Positions 37,367 through 49,127 are shown, counted from the first letter of the stretch. The stretch is 64,000 nt of DNA from an uncultured Phycisphaerales bacterium (GCA_963772725.1 CAVYYI010000001.1:800001-864000), one strand, 5' to 3'. Notes: generated by a model from the sequence alone, not told the origin. Made by a program: numbers and translations.

Positions 37367-38404
37367 ATGAAGCCTGAGCTTTTGAAATCAATAGCTTTGA
37401 ATTTTCTGGACACATTGCTCGAGATGTCGCCATACCTTTTGTTCGGTTTTTTTATAGCAGGGATTCTTTCCGCCTTTATTTCCCAAAAACTCGTCGAAAG
37501 ACATCTCGGTGGAAAAGGCATTTGGCCACTAATTAAAGCCTCCATTTTTGGCGTCCCCCTGCCTTTATGCTCCTGCGGTGTAATTCCGGTATCGATGTCT
37601 CTGTACAAACATGGCGCTAGCAGAGGCTCAACAATAGCTTTCCTCCTTTCAACCCCTCAAACCGGCGCTGACAACGTTTTGGTTGTATTTAGTCTTCTTG
37701 GGCCAGTCTTTGCTGTTTTCAGCCCCATTGTAGCATTTACTTCCGGGATTATAGGCGGAACTTTAGTCGATTTATTCGACCGCAATTCCCATAGTGACAT
37801 CGCTCCTCCGCCAAAATGCACAGGAGAATGTTGCGGCGGCGAAAAAAGGAACCATAAAATTCTAAAAGGCTTGAAATACGGTTTTATTACTCTGCCCCGC
37901 GATATAGGTAAACCATTGCTTATCGGATTGGTTATTGCCGCTCTTATCTCCGCTTTTGTTCCCAAAGATTTTTTTGCTGAAAGTATCGGCACCGGTATCA
38001 CTTCCATGTTTATTATGATGCTTATTGGAATACCAATTTACGTTTGTTCCAGTGCCTCGGTACCAATTGCCGCCGCGATGATATTAAAAGGACTGTCTCC
38101 AGGTGCGGCACTCGTTTTTCTTATGACAGGTCCTGCAACAAATGCCGCTTCAATCGCGACTATATGGAAAATGCTTGGCTGGAAAACAGCTATTTTATAT
38201 TTGATTAGCATCGCAGGATGCGCTCTTATGGCAGGAGTTACGCTCAACTATATTCTTACTGACTTTTTCCCAAACGAGGCACCAATGCATCATCACGTTG
38301 AGATGATTCCGTTAGCCGCAAAATACCTTTCCGCTGCCGTTCTTATGGCCGTGTTGATTTATGCTATTATAACGAAAAAAGCCGAGGATGCCCCGAAAAA
38401 ATAA
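37367..38404 (+). CDS. DUF318/ArsP-like permease (SO_0444-type metal transporter)
   Basis: PLPLCSCGVIP, FLLSTP, YVCSSASVPIA, GPATN. Confidence 0.9.
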   Translation: MKPELLKSIALNFLDTLLEMSPYLLFGFFIAGILSAFISQKLVERHLGGKGIWPLIKASIFGVPLPLCSCGVIPVSMSLYKHGASRGSTIAFLLSTPQTGADNVLVVFSLLGPVFAVFSPIVAFTSGIIGGTLVDLFDRNSHSDIAPPPKCTGECCGGEKRNHKILKGLKYGFITLPRDIGKPLLIGLVIAALISAFVPKDFFAESIGTGITSMFIMMLIGIPIYVCSSASVPIAAAMILKGLSPGAALVFLMTGPATNAASIATIWKMLGWKTAILYLISIAGCALMAGVTLNYILTDFFPNEAPMHHHVEMIPLAAKYLSAAVLMAVLIYAIITKKAEDAPKK

Positions 38405-38405
38405 T

Positions 38406-39275
38406 ATGACAGCATGGACGATACAACAGCTTCTCAACTGGATTACAAAGCACTTTACGGATAAAGGCCTCAACGCACCACGCCTCAGCGCCGAACTCTT
38501 GCTCAGTCACGTTCTCTCAATGAAACGGATTGAGCTATACACACAATTCGATAAGATAATCGCAAAGCCGCAATTAGACCATCTGCATGATTTGATAAAA
38601 CGCGCTGATGAACATGAACCTGTCGCGTATCTCATCGGCAGGACTGAATTTTATTCTCTCGAAATTAATGTAAGCAGAGATTGCCTGATACCACGGTCGG
38701 AAACCGAACTCCTTGTCGAACGGGCAATTGAGTTTATGCGAAAACGCAGCGGAAGACAAAAGGTTTGCGATTTATGCACCGGCAGTGGATGTATTGCCGT
38801 GGCCATCGCTAAAAATTTTGCCGATGTCGATATAATCGCAACCGATATTTCCAGTTCCGCTCTTGATATTGCAGCTAAGAACATAGAAAAATATGGCCTC
38901 AATAATAAAGTAACCCTCCTTTGCGGCGATTTATTTGAGCCGATTCTCCCGCAAATAGATTCCGCTCAATTTGACGTGATTGTATGTAATCCGCCCTATG
39001 TAAGCACCTCGGAATTTGATACTCTCGATAAAAATGTAAAAGATTACGAACCAAAATTGGCGTTGCTGGCTGGTGCCGACGGTCTGGACATTTACAGAAA
39101 AATCGCCGGTAATGCGAAAAAGTTTTTAAAACCCGGCGGCAGGTTGATGCTCGAAATAGGTTATAATCAAGGGCAACCCGTTAAAGAACTCCTTGAAAAG
39201 GCAGGCGGTTTTACCAAAATAACTATCGAAAAAGACTTCGCAAACCATGACCGCGCTGTCTTGGTAGAAAATTAA
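38406..39275 (+). CDS. prmC: Release factor glutamine methyltransferase
   Basis: EPVAYLIG, LIPRSETE, DLCTGSG, NPPY. Confidence 0.96.
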   Translation: MTAWTIQQLLNWITKHFTDKGLNAPRLSAELLLSHVLSMKRIELYTQFDKIIAKPQLDHLHDLIKRADEHEPVAYLIGRTEFYSLEINVSRDCLIPRSETELLVERAIEFMRKRSGRQKVCDLCTGSGCIAVAIAKNFADVDIIATDISSSALDIAAKNIEKYGLNNKVTLLCGDLFEPILPQIDSAQFDVIVCNPPYVSTSEFDTLDKNVKDYEPKLALLAGADGLDIYRKIAGNAKKFLKPGGRLMLEIGYNQGQPVKELLEKAGGFTKITIEKDFANHDRAVLVEN

Positions 39276-39541
39276 TAATCGTTTTTATAATCCGATAACT
39301 CCTTGATATTGCTCGAGTTGCGGATATTACACCAAAATATTTCCGTTGTTTTTATTAAAAATACGCAAAAAAGACTTGTTTTTTTGAGACTTTGTGTTAT
39401 ACTTATTTTAAAGCTGTGTGTTTTACCGGCGAAGACTGGGAAGAGAAAACTCAAAGGGAGTGGGGAAACAATACTGGAAGTTTGCAAAGCGCAAACTTTC
39501 TATATTAATATTTTTTTCCTGCCCCCCTTTCTGAATTTTTT

Positions 39542-40486
39542 TTAGTCAAGCGAAAGCCGAATATCCTCATAGAACTCAGCATACTTGTCCTTGTTAGGAG
39601 TCTGCCGCATCTTTATAGCGGCACGGGGATGTTCGTTCAGTATGCCAGTAATCATATACGGTATGATATAACCCCATTCAATTTCACTGCGCATAGGCAG
39701 CATATAATCCTCAATAACCTTCAAAATTGGCGTCAGGTTAAACTTGGGATTCTTAAGAAAGCCTATTAGTAACTCAAGGCAGCAGTTGCCGGGACCTCGG
39801 CCTATACCATAGAGTGAAGCATCGTGATAATTGGCATTGTGAATAATACCCTCCACGGTATTGCTGAACGCGAGCTGCTGATTATTGTGACAATGCATAC
39901 CAATTTCCTTGCCAGGCAAATGATGCTGGAACAATTTAACAAGATATTCTATCTGCTCACAATATAATGCGCCAAAACTGTCAACCACGTAAACAACATC
40001 TACCTTTGTTTTGTCGAGCTGCTTCAGTGCCTCGATAAGGTCAGGCTCAATTTCCTTTGAAATGGCCATAATATTAGCAGTTGTCTCATAACCCAAATCG
40101 TGGCACCTGTTTATAAGGTCCACTGCTTTATCGATATCCTTAACATAAGTAGCCACCCGAATCATATCTATAGGACTTTCATCCGCAGGCTTAAATACCT
40201 GTTCCTTTACACGATGTGCGTCAACCATTATGCTAAGCTTCAGGTTTGATTCGATTCCATCAATTATCTCAGATATTTTCTCGTCATCGCAATATTTCCA
40301 CGCACCGTACTCCTTTGGCGAAAACAACTCTCTGCTGCAGCGATACCCCATTTCCATATAGTCAATTCCGCTCAATGATAACGCCTTGTACACTGCGAGT
40401 ACAAAATCGTCTGTGAAATAATGGTTATTAATAAGCCCGCCGTCCCTGATTGTACAGTCCAGCACTTTGATTTTTTCTCTAAACAT
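39542..40486 (-). CDS. HMGL-like aldolase catalytic domain protein (DRE-TIM)
   Basis: LDCTIRDGG, VDSFG, HCHNN, GIGRGPGN. Confidence 0.9.
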   Translation of the reverse strand: MFREKIKVLDCTIRDGGLINNHYFTDDFVLAVYKALSLSGIDYMEMGYRCSRELFSPKEYGAWKYCDDEKISEIIDGIESNLKLSIMVDAHRVKEQVFKPADESPIDMIRVATYVKDIDKAVDLINRCHDLGYETTANIMAISKEIEPDLIEALKQLDKTKVDVVYVVDSFGALYCEQIEYLVKLFQHHLPGKEIGMHCHNNQQLAFSNTVEGIIHNANYHDASLYGIGRGPGNCCLELLIGFLKNPKFNLTPILKVIEDYMLPMRSEIEWGYIIPYMITGILNEHPRAAIKMRQTPNKDKYAEFYEDIRLSLD

Positions 40487-40496
40487 TTTTCAACCT

Positions 40497-41611
40497 TAAA
40501 TTATCTTATATTTTTAAACAGATTATCTATTGCTCTGTGAACAAGTTCCTCTTCAACCTCAACTGCCCACTGGCCGTCGCGGCTGTAAACGTGTCCTATT
40601 TTGTCGATTAGCACAAAATCTCGGCCACTTATTTACGGCTTTTTTATCACGTCTTATTATATCAAAAACCGTTTCCTTTTTCAAATCGGCAGGCAATATA
40701 ACAGGAACGCCTAACTTTGTCAAAAGGCTTTTTATCCTGTCTAACCGTCCCGGCTCTGACAGCCTCATTTCGGTCTCTATTAATCCCGACGCTATTATTC
40801 CGATGGCGACTGATTCGCCGTGAAGCAGCTTAAAACCGCTGGCCGCCTCCAACGCGTGGCCAATGGTATGGCCGTAATTCAATATCCTTCGCTGATTTTC
40901 CTCCATCGGGTCGGCTTCTACCACACTGGCTTTAATCTTGCAGTTGTAATAAGCTATTTTTTCAAGGACTCCCGGTTCTCTTTTTAATAAAGCATTAAGA
41001 TTACTTTCCAGGAAAAAAAAATATTGTTCATCCGCTATTAACGCATGCTTGACAGATTCAACTAATCCCGCCCTGAACTGACGCTCATCCAGCGTTGCCA
41101 ATGTTGCGACATCAATATAAACGGCCACAGGCTGCCAGAACGCACCAAACGCGTTCTTGCTTATACTCGAATCCACTCCCGTTTTACCGCCTATAGCTGA
41201 ATCTGCCTGCGCAACTGTCGTCGTTGGTACCTGGATAACCTTGAGTCCCCTTTTGAAAATCGCTGCGGCGAATCCCGCGATATCTCCGACCGTTCCCCCG
41301 CCCAGTGCGACAACCACAGTATCCCGTCCAAGATAGGCCTTTTCCATTGATTCAATTATTGATACTACCGTTTGAATATTCTTGGACTGTTCACCTGCGG
41401 GTGTTATTACAAATACTGGCACATCATTTTGGCCAAGAAGTGTCTTCAAATGTCCCGCTGAAACAACGTTCTGGTCTGTTATGACAAATTTACTGCTTTT
41501 AGCGAAATCCGCTTCGATTCGACTCCATAAAGAGTCAAGAAACTTTGTACCGATAGCTATTTTATAACGGCGGGCTTTAACGGGCGGAATTTTAACATGA
41601 AGTTCTATCAT
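40497..41611 (-). CDS. aroB: 3-dehydroquinate synthase, apparent frameshift near the C-terminus
   Basis: GEQSK, GGGTVGD, DSAIGGKTG, LNYGHTIGHALE, HGESVAIG; sequence after WPRF out of frame, so 3' end is approximate. Confidence 0.9.
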
Positions 41612-41652
41612 TTTTAGCGATTGGGAAAACCTTACATTTGAGGGATATTTAT

Positions 41653-42180
41653 TTAAAAGGACATAACCGACTTTACTTTATAACCGGTAAGTTTTTCTCT
41701 GCCAGCCAAATCAGTAAGTTCAATTAGAAATACCGCAGCTTCTATCTTTCCGCCTATTTTTTCAATAAGTTTGCACGCAGCAGCCATTGTCCCTCCGGTT
41801 GCCAGTAAATCATCGACCATCAGGACTTTTGCGTCCTTTCTCACAGCGTCCTTATGTACTTCCAAAGTGTCAACGCCGTATTCGAGGCTGTATGTTATAC
41901 TCTCTGTCTCAAAAGGAAGCTTGCCTTTTTTACGGATGGGAACAAAGCCGGCACCAAGTTTTTCTGCCGCCGCCGAGCCGAATATAAAACCTCTCGCTTC
42001 AACCGCACAGACATATTCAATTCCAGCACTCGCAAAATCTCCGCATAAAGCCTCTATCGCCGCCGCAAACGACTCTGGATTTGCCAGTAATGGAGTAATG
42101 TCGCGAAACAGGATTCCTCGCTTAGGCCAGTCAGGTATATTGCGTATATATTTTTCGAGATTTACAGCTTTTTTATTCAT
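41653..42180 (-). CDS. apt: Adenine phosphoribosyltransferase
   Basis: GILFRDITPLL, EARGF, RKKGKLP, VDDLLATGGT. Confidence 0.97.
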   Translation of the reverse strand: MNKKAVNLEKYIRNIPDWPKRGILFRDITPLLANPESFAAAIEALCGDFASAGIEYVCAVEARGFIFGSAAAEKLGAGFVPIRKKGKLPFETESITYSLEYGVDTLEVHKDAVRKDAKVLMVDDLLATGGTMAAACKLIEKIGGKIEAAVFLIELTDLAGREKLTGYKVKSVMSF

Positions 42181-42240
42181 ACGGTACATTCTTTAATTTC
42201 AGCGGCATTTTAAGAAGAATCAGCCCGTGAAGTGTATAAC

Positions 42241-43119
42241 TCAGATTTGATTCATATATTCATAAAGCTTCGTTAGTGCTTCTCGCTGAATCTGGCGTAT
42301 TCTCTCACGTGTTAAGCCAAGTTTTTGACCGATTTCTCTTAATGTCATTGGTTTACTATTGCTTAAACCGTAATGCAGCTTCAATACCTCAGCCTCACGC
42401 GGCTCTATTTCGCCCAGCAATTTCAATACTTTTTCTTTCTCTTCGTCTTCTTCCAAATCATCTTCAGGTTTTCCAACTTCATGATCCTGAAGATTTAAAT
42501 CAGGCAACAATTCATCTTCTTCTCCCTGTCCGCCAGTGCTGTCTTTCATTGAGCCTATAACTTTAACAACTTCATTTATAATTTTGGCCTTATGCACCGA
42601 CAACTGCATAACCTCTGCTATTTCTGCGATTTTCGGCTGCCTGCCAAGCTTATTTTCCAGTTCCGCGGCCATACGGCGCCATTGATTTATTATTGCCACC
42701 ATATAAGTAGGCACGTGTACCGGCTGAACATTCGTCAGCAATGCCCGCTTGATGCTTTGCTTAATCCACCACGCCGCGTAAGTACTGAAACGAATGCCCC
42801 GCTTTGGGTCAAAGTAATCAACCGCTTTTATCAGGCCTATGTTGCCTTCCTCAATCAAATCACCAAAACTCATACCACGCTCGGCATACCTTTTGGCAAT
42901 ATTAACTACAAGCCTCAGATTGCTCCTTACAAGCCGCTCCCTTGCTGCGGGGTCGTTTTCTTCGACAATTAGTCTGCCAAGCGACTGTTCCTCCTCCATC
43001 GTAAGCAGAGAAGCTTCGTCTATTTCCTTGAGATACTCTTTTAGTGTACTGTCAAATGCTATATAAACTCTCCTGCCCTGCCGAAAAGTTTTCCAACCCG
43101 GCAGTATGGGCAAATCCAT
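42241..43119 (-). CDS. RpoD/RpoS-like sigma-70 factor
   Basis: [44 protein letters not shown]. Confidence 0.95.
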   Translation of the reverse strand: MDLPILPGWKTFRQGRRVYIAFDSTLKEYLKEIDEASLLTMEEEQSLGRLIVEENDPAARERLVRSNLRLVVNIAKRYAERGMSFGDLIEEGNIGLIKAVDYFDPKRGIRFSTYAAWWIKQSIKRALLTNVQPVHVPTYMVAIINQWRRMAAELENKLGRQPKIAEIAEVMQLSVHKAKIINEVVKVIGSMKDSTGGQGEEDELLPDLNLQDHEVGKPEDDLEEDEEKEKVLKLLGEIEPREAEVLKLHYGLSNSKPMTLREIGQKLGLTRERIRQIQREALTKLYEYMNQI

Positions 43120-43229
43120 TTACTCGCGGTTGAATTATCGGGCCGGCACGCCGCCGTCCGATACCAGCCGCAACATAACAAATATCGGTCGAATTAACCC
43201 GCAGGTTTAACTATCTCGCTTTAACCGGC

Positions 43230-45002
43230 CTAAGCCTGCCCTTCCGGACTTTCACCGCTTTGCTCTTCCTGTCCACTGGCTTTTTCAGCTTCACCCTGAC
43301 TCAATTCAGGTTGGGCGATTTCTCTCGGAAGCACTGTGTCCTGCGGCTGTTCCTCTGCTGCCCATTGCGCCCTTCTCAGGCTTAATCCTATCTTGCGAAG
43401 TTCCGGCTCTATTTTCAAAATCTTTACTTCGATTTCTTCGCCTTCCTTGACTACATCCTGCGGCTTATCAATCTTATGGTCGGCAATTTCCGAAATATGC
43501 AGCAAACCTTCCAGATCAGGTTCAAGCTCTACGAACGCGCCGAAATTGGTGATTTTTGTTACCTTGCCTTTTATTATGTGGCCTGGAATATATTTTTCAG
43601 GAATGGCGTGAATCCAAGGGTCCTCATTTAACTGTTTTATACCAAGCGACACTCTGTGTTTATCTTCGTCTACTTCCAGAACAACACATTTTACTTCCTG
43701 ACCTTTTTGCAGCGCCTCGCCGGGATGGGCGTATTTCTTTGTCCAGCTCAAATCGGAAACATGTATCATCCCATCAATGCCCTGCTCTATTTCCACAAAC
43801 GCCCCAAAATTAGTCAGACTGCGGACCTTAGCTGTTACAATCGTGCCAACTGGATATTTCTGCGATACGAGCGTCCACGGATTGGTTTCAGTTTGCTTCA
43901 GCCCTAAGGAAATTTCCTGCTTTTCCTTGTTGACATTCAAAACTATAACCTCTATCTCGTCGCCGAGGTTCAGCATCTCACCGGGATGATTAAGACGTTT
44001 TGTCCAGCTCATTTCGCTTATATGCACAAGTCCTTCAATCCCGTCTTCGAGGCGTACAAACACGCCGTAATTCATTACGTTCACAACCTTGCCTTTGACC
44101 TTGGACCCGACAGGATACCTGCTCTCAACGTTCTCCCATGGACTTTCTGTTTTCTGCTTTAACCCTAACGAAATCTTCTCGTGTTCCTTATCAACGGTAA
44201 TAACAACACATTCTATTTCCTGGTCGAGATGCACAACTTCAGATGGATGCGAGATTCTGCCCCAGCTCAGATCGGATATATGCAGCAGCCCGTCAACACC
44301 GCCCAAATCCACGAATACGCCGAAGTCGGCTATATTCTTAACAATGCCTTTGCGAATCTGACCGACCTCGATTTCCGACAAAACCTTGTCCTTGCTGCTT
44401 TGGCGTTCTTCTTCAATCAGCTTACGCCGGGATATCACAATATTGCGGCCCTCAATATCTATCTTAAGTATTTTGCACTCAACGTCCTTGCCGATGAATC
44501 TGCTTATATCGCCAGGCTTCCTGATATCAACCTGCGATGCAGGCAAAAATACTGGAACGCCGATATCGACAAGCAGGCCGCCTTTGATTCGTCTTACGAC
44601 TGTGCCTACAACCGTATCCCCCTCTTTTTTCGTTTCGATTATTTTTTCCCAGCCCCGGATGCGGTCAGCCTTGCGCTTACTAAGCGGGATAAGCCCATCA
44701 ACTGAATCTGTCTCTTCGAGAAGCACCTCTATTTCTTTGCCAGGTGCGATTTCATCCGGACTGTCGAACTCGCTGGCATCAATAACGCCCTCGCTTTTCA
44801 GGCCAATCTCAACAATAACATCATTTCCTATCTGCGATACAATTGCCCCCTTAAGAATCGTCCCAGGCAAACGTGAATCAACCTTATTGCACAAAACTTC
44901 TTCCAGGTATGCGTTTTCCTTATCGCCAAACATCTCATTGACCTGTTTCTCAAGTTCTTCTGACGACAACCCCAATTTGTTAATAATATTTTTATTTACC
45001 AT
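43230..45002 (-). CDS. rpsA: 30S ribosomal protein S1
   Basis: Six S1 repeats, GLKSEG, FLPASQVD, FGVFVDLGGVDGLLHISD. Confidence 0.97.
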   Translation of the reverse strand: MVNKNIINKLGLSSEELEKQVNEMFGDKENAYLEEVLCNKVDSRLPGTILKGAIVSQIGNDVIVEIGLKSEGVIDASEFDSPDEIAPGKEIEVLLEETDSVDGLIPLSKRKADRIRGWEKIIETKKEGDTVVGTVVRRIKGGLLVDIGVPVFLPASQVDIRKPGDISRFIGKDVECKILKIDIEGRNIVISRRKLIEEERQSSKDKVLSEIEVGQIRKGIVKNIADFGVFVDLGGVDGLLHISDLSWGRISHPSEVVHLDQEIECVVITVDKEHEKISLGLKQKTESPWENVESRYPVGSKVKGKVVNVMNYGVFVRLEDGIEGLVHISEMSWTKRLNHPGEMLNLGDEIEVIVLNVNKEKQEISLGLKQTETNPWTLVSQKYPVGTIVTAKVRSLTNFGAFVEIEQGIDGMIHVSDLSWTKKYAHPGEALQKGQEVKCVVLEVDEDKHRVSLGIKQLNEDPWIHAIPEKYIPGHIIKGKVTKITNFGAFVELEPDLEGLLHISEIADHKIDKPQDVVKEGEEIEVKILKIEPELRKIGLSLRRAQWAAEEQPQDTVLPREIAQPELSQGEAEKASGQEEQSGESPEGQA

Positions 45003-45138
45003 AAAATACAAAAATCCTCTGTGGAGTTTTAGTTTCGCTTTATCGGCGCCCCACATTTACGCTGAAAAAACGTTGCGCACTATACGCAATAATTGTTAAT
45101 AATTCTCAAAAACACGCCGGCCAACACAGCCGACGCAA

Positions 45139-45984
45139 CTATTTCTTACTGCTGTCAAAGGCCTCAAGATTTTGCACAAATTCGGCGATTATCCAGTCCG
45201 GGGTGGACGCCCCGGCCGTTACGCCCGCAATTTCTTTGCCAAAAAGGATACCTTTATCAAATTCGTTCCAGTTTTGCAAGTGAAACGTTTGATTATTATA
45301 ATTTTTACAAAGTTTTGCCAGGGTACACGTATTGGCGCTGGTCAGGCCGCCGAGAACAAACATTATATCCACTTTCTGGCATAATTCCACTGCCGATTTT
45401 TGCCTTTTTATCGTTTCCTTGCACAACGTATTAATTACCCGCAGTTCACTGAAATCCTGCCTCGCTATCGCCCCTATCATCATACTAAAGTATTCCGGCC
45501 CTTTTGTGGTCTGACAAACTATACCTAACCTGCTGTTTTTAGGCAACTTATGTAAATCGCCTTCATCCGCCACTACCACCACATCCTTTGCGCAGCCCAC
45601 CACCGCCTGCACCTCAGGATGGTTTTCATCGCCTACAATCACAACTTTATAGCCTTCTTTTTCGAATTCCCTGGCTATTTGCTGCACCCTTTTAACCAGT
45701 ACGCACGTCGCATCGATAATCTTTAACCCCCTATCTCTCAGCCTTTCTATCTGTGCTGGTGCCGCCCCGTGGGAACGAATAAGTACCGTTCCCGATTTTA
45801 TTTCGTCAACATCCTCAACGGTTTTCAGCCCCGTCTTTGCCAGCCGCTCCACAACATCCTTATTATGTATAATCGGGCCAAGACTATAAACATCCTTTTC
45901 CTCTTTCAGCACCTTTTCAGCAATGCTGATAGCGTTTCGCACCCCCGGACAGAATCCGCAATTTTCCGCGACTATAACTTTCAT
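45139..45984 (-). CDS. ispH: 4-hydroxy-3-methylbut-2-enyl diphosphate reductase
   Basis: GFCPGV, IIHN, RSHG, DATC, HPEV, TLC, TAGASTP. Confidence 0.97.
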   Translation of the reverse strand: MKVIVAENCGFCPGVRNAISIAEKVLKEEKDVYSLGPIIHNKDVVERLAKTGLKTVEDVDEIKSGTVLIRSHGAAPAQIERLRDRGLKIIDATCVLVKRVQQIAREFEKEGYKVVIVGDENHPEVQAVVGCAKDVVVVADEGDLHKLPKNSRLGIVCQTTKGPEYFSMMIGAIARQDFSELRVINTLCKETIKRQKSAVELCQKVDIMFVLGGLTSANTCTLAKLCKNYNNQTFHLQNWNEFDKGILFGKEIAGVTAGASTPDWIIAEFVQNLEAFDSSKK

Positions 45985-46125
45985 CAGAACCTTTTGTGAG
46001 CTTAACCTGTATTAAAAACAAGAACTTACGTTAAATAATCGTAAACTGTACCAAAATAAGGTTGAGGTAGCAAAATTTTTTTCAATTTATGAAGATTTTA
46101 TTGTAAGATACATACTTTGACGATA

Positions 46126-47371
46126 GAGACCTCTGAAAAACTATGCATTTTTTACAAAACATTAATGCAATTATCAGCGGATATGATATAATGCGTCCAT
46201 TCAATAGTCAATTTTATTGCATGGAGGCAAAGATTATGGAACGCACAAGCAATCAACCAACATTTCTCGACAGTTTAACCTCTGACCTCGGCGGTCGTCG
46301 CACTGCTCAATTTTTTCAAAAATGCGACCAGCTTATACCATGGAACGAACTTGCTGAGCCGTTAAGGGATATGTACAAGAACAACACCGACAAAGGCGGA
46401 GCATCGAATTATCCACTTGTAATGATGATAAAATGCATAATGCTGCAAAAGTGGTTTAATCTTTCCGACCCGATGCTCGAAGAGATGCTCTGTGACCGTA
46501 TATCCTTCAGACGATTTGTAGGCCTTAAGATGGAACAGGATGCACCTGATGAAACTACTTTTGTGCAGTTTCGCAAGCGTCTTAATATAAACGGCCATAT
46601 AGCTACATTATTTGATAAGACTATCGCCATCCTCAAAAGTCGCGGCGTTATACTTGAGGAAGGGACCTGTGTTGATGCCACTATAATAGAAGCGCCTCGC
46701 GGCAGAACTGGCAAAGACGGTATTTCCAGCACCAAAGACAAGGCAGCAGGTTATACGAAAAAACATGGCAGAATATATCACGGCTATAAGGGCCATATTG
46801 CTACTGACTGTAACGGCATGATTAAAGACTACCGTTTCGATACCGCCTCAACCCATGACAGCAGGTATATTGACGAACTTGTCGAGGATGAGAAGGACAG
46901 TGTCTTTGCTGATAGTGCATATATGGATAAAGACCGAAAGGCAAAACTGGAGGAACGCGGCGTGTTTTGCGGAATTATTCAAAAACGAGTTCGCGGCCAG
47001 AAGGAATTAACAGCCTCACAGAAATTGCATAACCGTCTGGTGGCGGGAATTCGGGCGGTGGTTGAACATCCGTTTGCGTGGATGAAGAATACCGGCTACG
47101 GCAGGACTCGATATCGAGGTATGAGGCGTAACGCCTTTGATTTTGGGTTACATGTAATAGCGTACAATTGGAAAAGGAGTTTTAGCCTGGTGAGTATTGC
47201 CGGATAACGGCACACGACCGTTATGAACAGATAAAAAGGTATACCAAAGGCATAAAAGAATCCTTTGGTAAGGCCAGAAAACAGTTTTTGCGGTGTATCG
47301 AAATAATTTTTCGAAGCACTTCAAGCAAAAATATAAGAGAATAATAAAATGTGAGGTTTTTCAGAGGTCTC
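46126..47371 (+). mobile_element. IS5-family insertion sequence (1246 bp)
   Basis: Perfect 16-bp TIRs GAGACCTCTGAAAAAC (46126-46141, 47356-47371); 4-bp target duplication GATA. Confidence 0.95.
46236..47207 (+). CDS. IS5 family DDE transposase
   Basis: LQKWFNLSD, PDETT, VDAT, GYKGH, ADSAY, RAVVEHPF. Confidence 0.95.
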   Translation: MERTSNQPTFLDSLTSDLGGRRTAQFFQKCDQLIPWNELAEPLRDMYKNNTDKGGASNYPLVMMIKCIMLQKWFNLSDPMLEEMLCDRISFRRFVGLKMEQDAPDETTFVQFRKRLNINGHIATLFDKTIAILKSRGVILEEGTCVDATIIEAPRGRTGKDGISSTKDKAAGYTKKHGRIYHGYKGHIATDCNGMIKDYRFDTASTHDSRYIDELVEDEKDSVFADSAYMDKDRKAKLEERGVFCGIIQKRVRGQKELTASQKLHNRLVAGIRAVVEHPFAWMKNTGYGRTRYRGMRRNAFDFGLHVIAYNWKRSFSLVSIAG

Positions 47372-47393
47372 GATATTTAAAAAAACTAATATT

Positions 47394-48998
47394 ATGAAAA
47401 CCTTGAACATAACAATTGCGGGTATTCTGCTTTTTTCGGCTGTTTGCATTGGTCAAAATGTTCGCTTGGCCAACGAGGATAAGGCTGGGCTGTACTCGCG
47501 GTCTATCGAGCAGGTTCTGCGGCTTGATGACGAGGATATCGATATTGCAACCGCCGTATTAATTGTCTCCGAGCAGTGGAACGACAATGTGCAGGGAAGA
47601 TACTATGTGTCCAAATTAGATGATATGACTGTTGAAATCCGCAACAGGCTAAAGGCAAAAAATCTTATGCCGGACTACAAGGCCATCCCGATTATAAACA
47701 AATACCTCTTCGACGAACTCGGATTCAAATCCGTTTCAGAGGCGAACAACCCCAACGATTTATTTTTACACTCAGTTCTCGATAGCAGAGAAGGATACTG
47801 CCTGAGTCTTTCGGTTCTGTATCTCTCGATTGGCGAGCGTTTAGGCATGCCTTTATACGGCGTTGTTGTGCCGGGACACTTTTTTGTCCGCTACGACGAT
47901 GGACGTACCCGTTTCAATATCGAAACCACCTGCGGTGGCGGACAGGCAGACGACGCTCACTATATAAAAAAATTCAAGGTTCCTCGCGATGACACAGACA
48001 GTATTTATATGAAAAATCTTACCAATCGCCAAACGCTCGGCTGCTTTTTCAACAACCTTGGAAACAGCTATAAAGATGTCGGCAATACCGCCTCGGCGTT
48101 AAAGGCTCTCGAAACCGCCGTGGAAATCAATCCATCCCTGCCGGAATCGCGAGCGAATCTGGGCAACATCTATCTTGATATGAGGCGCATTGATGACGCG
48201 ATTCGTTCGTATCAACTCGCTCTTAAAACCAATCCCGACGACGCCAAAACGCATAACAATCTCGGCAACGCCTACGGAAAACAGAATCGAACTGACGCGG
48301 CGATTTCCGAATATAATCGTTCGCTCGACCTCGACCCGAATTTCAACGACGTTTACATCAACCTCGCCGCGGCTTATTCTCAAAAAAAGATGTTCGATAC
48401 CGCCGTTTTTGTTCTCAAGAGGGCAATCGCACTTGAGCCTAAAAACAGCGGCTTTCACAATCAGCTCGCAAACGTTTACTGCCAAAGCGAAAAATACGAG
48501 GATGCGATAGCTGAATATCAAAATGCGCTGAACCTTAAAAAAGATTTGGCTGATGCTTATTACGGGATGGGTCTCTGCTATAACAAAACCGGGCAGAGTG
48601 AAAATGAAATTGAAGCCTATAAGAACGTCCTGGCGATTAGGCCTGATATGGCGGCTGCTCTCGGTAATCTCGGCAACGTATATTTCAAAAAACAGGAATT
48701 TGACACCGCTATCGAGCAGTATAAAAAAGCCATTCTGATTACCCCTGAGGATAACAACCTTTATTATAATCTTGGAGCGGCATATTCCAATAAAAACGAT
48801 TACGAACCTGCGGCAGCTAACTATCTAAAAGCCGTCAAAATTGACCCTAAACTCACCGATGCGCATAACGCGCTGGCCTTTGCTTTTTATAAGCTGGCTA
48901 AGTATGACCTCGCAATGAAGCACATTAAAATCGCAGAACAAACCGGCGCCAAAATCGATACCGAACTCCTCTCCGCCATTAAGAAGAACATCAAATAA
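47394..48998 (+). CDS. Secreted SirB1/transglutaminase-like + TPR protein
   Basis: Signal peptide, GYCLSLSVLY..PGHFFVRY, many TPR repeats. Confidence 0.88.
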   Translation: MKTLNITIAGILLFSAVCIGQNVRLANEDKAGLYSRSIEQVLRLDDEDIDIATAVLIVSEQWNDNVQGRYYVSKLDDMTVEIRNRLKAKNLMPDYKAIPIINKYLFDELGFKSVSEANNPNDLFLHSVLDSREGYCLSLSVLYLSIGERLGMPLYGVVVPGHFFVRYDDGRTRFNIETTCGGGQADDAHYIKKFKVPRDDTDSIYMKNLTNRQTLGCFFNNLGNSYKDVGNTASALKALETAVEINPSLPESRANLGNIYLDMRRIDDAIRSYQLALKTNPDDAKTHNNLGNAYGKQNRTDAAISEYNRSLDLDPNFNDVYINLAAAYSQKKMFDTAVFVLKRAIALEPKNSGFHNQLANVYCQSEKYEDAIAEYQNALNLKKDLADAYYGMGLCYNKTGQSENEIEAYKNVLAIRPDMAAALGNLGNVYFKKQEFDTAIEQYKKAILITPEDNNLYYNLGAAYSNKNDYEPAAANYLKAVKIDPKLTDAHNALAFAFYKLAKYDLAMKHIKIAEQTGAKIDTELLSAIKKNIK

Positions 48999-49127
48999 CA
49001 ATTTTTAAGCCAGTATTCTTCAATAAACTTTGATTCTTAAATTTTCAAAGCCCCCTCCCCCGAAGGGGCTGGCTTTATATTTTTGCAGTCACACTTTCGT
49101 TTTTTCTATAGCCCTGCGGTTACATAC

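Noticed and set aside
44089..45099. Long plus-strand ORFs opposite rpsA, and similar antisense ORFs opposite thiC, the M24 peptidase, rbr and the beta-helix gene
   Set aside because: Shadow frames of well-supported genes with no protein-like motifs
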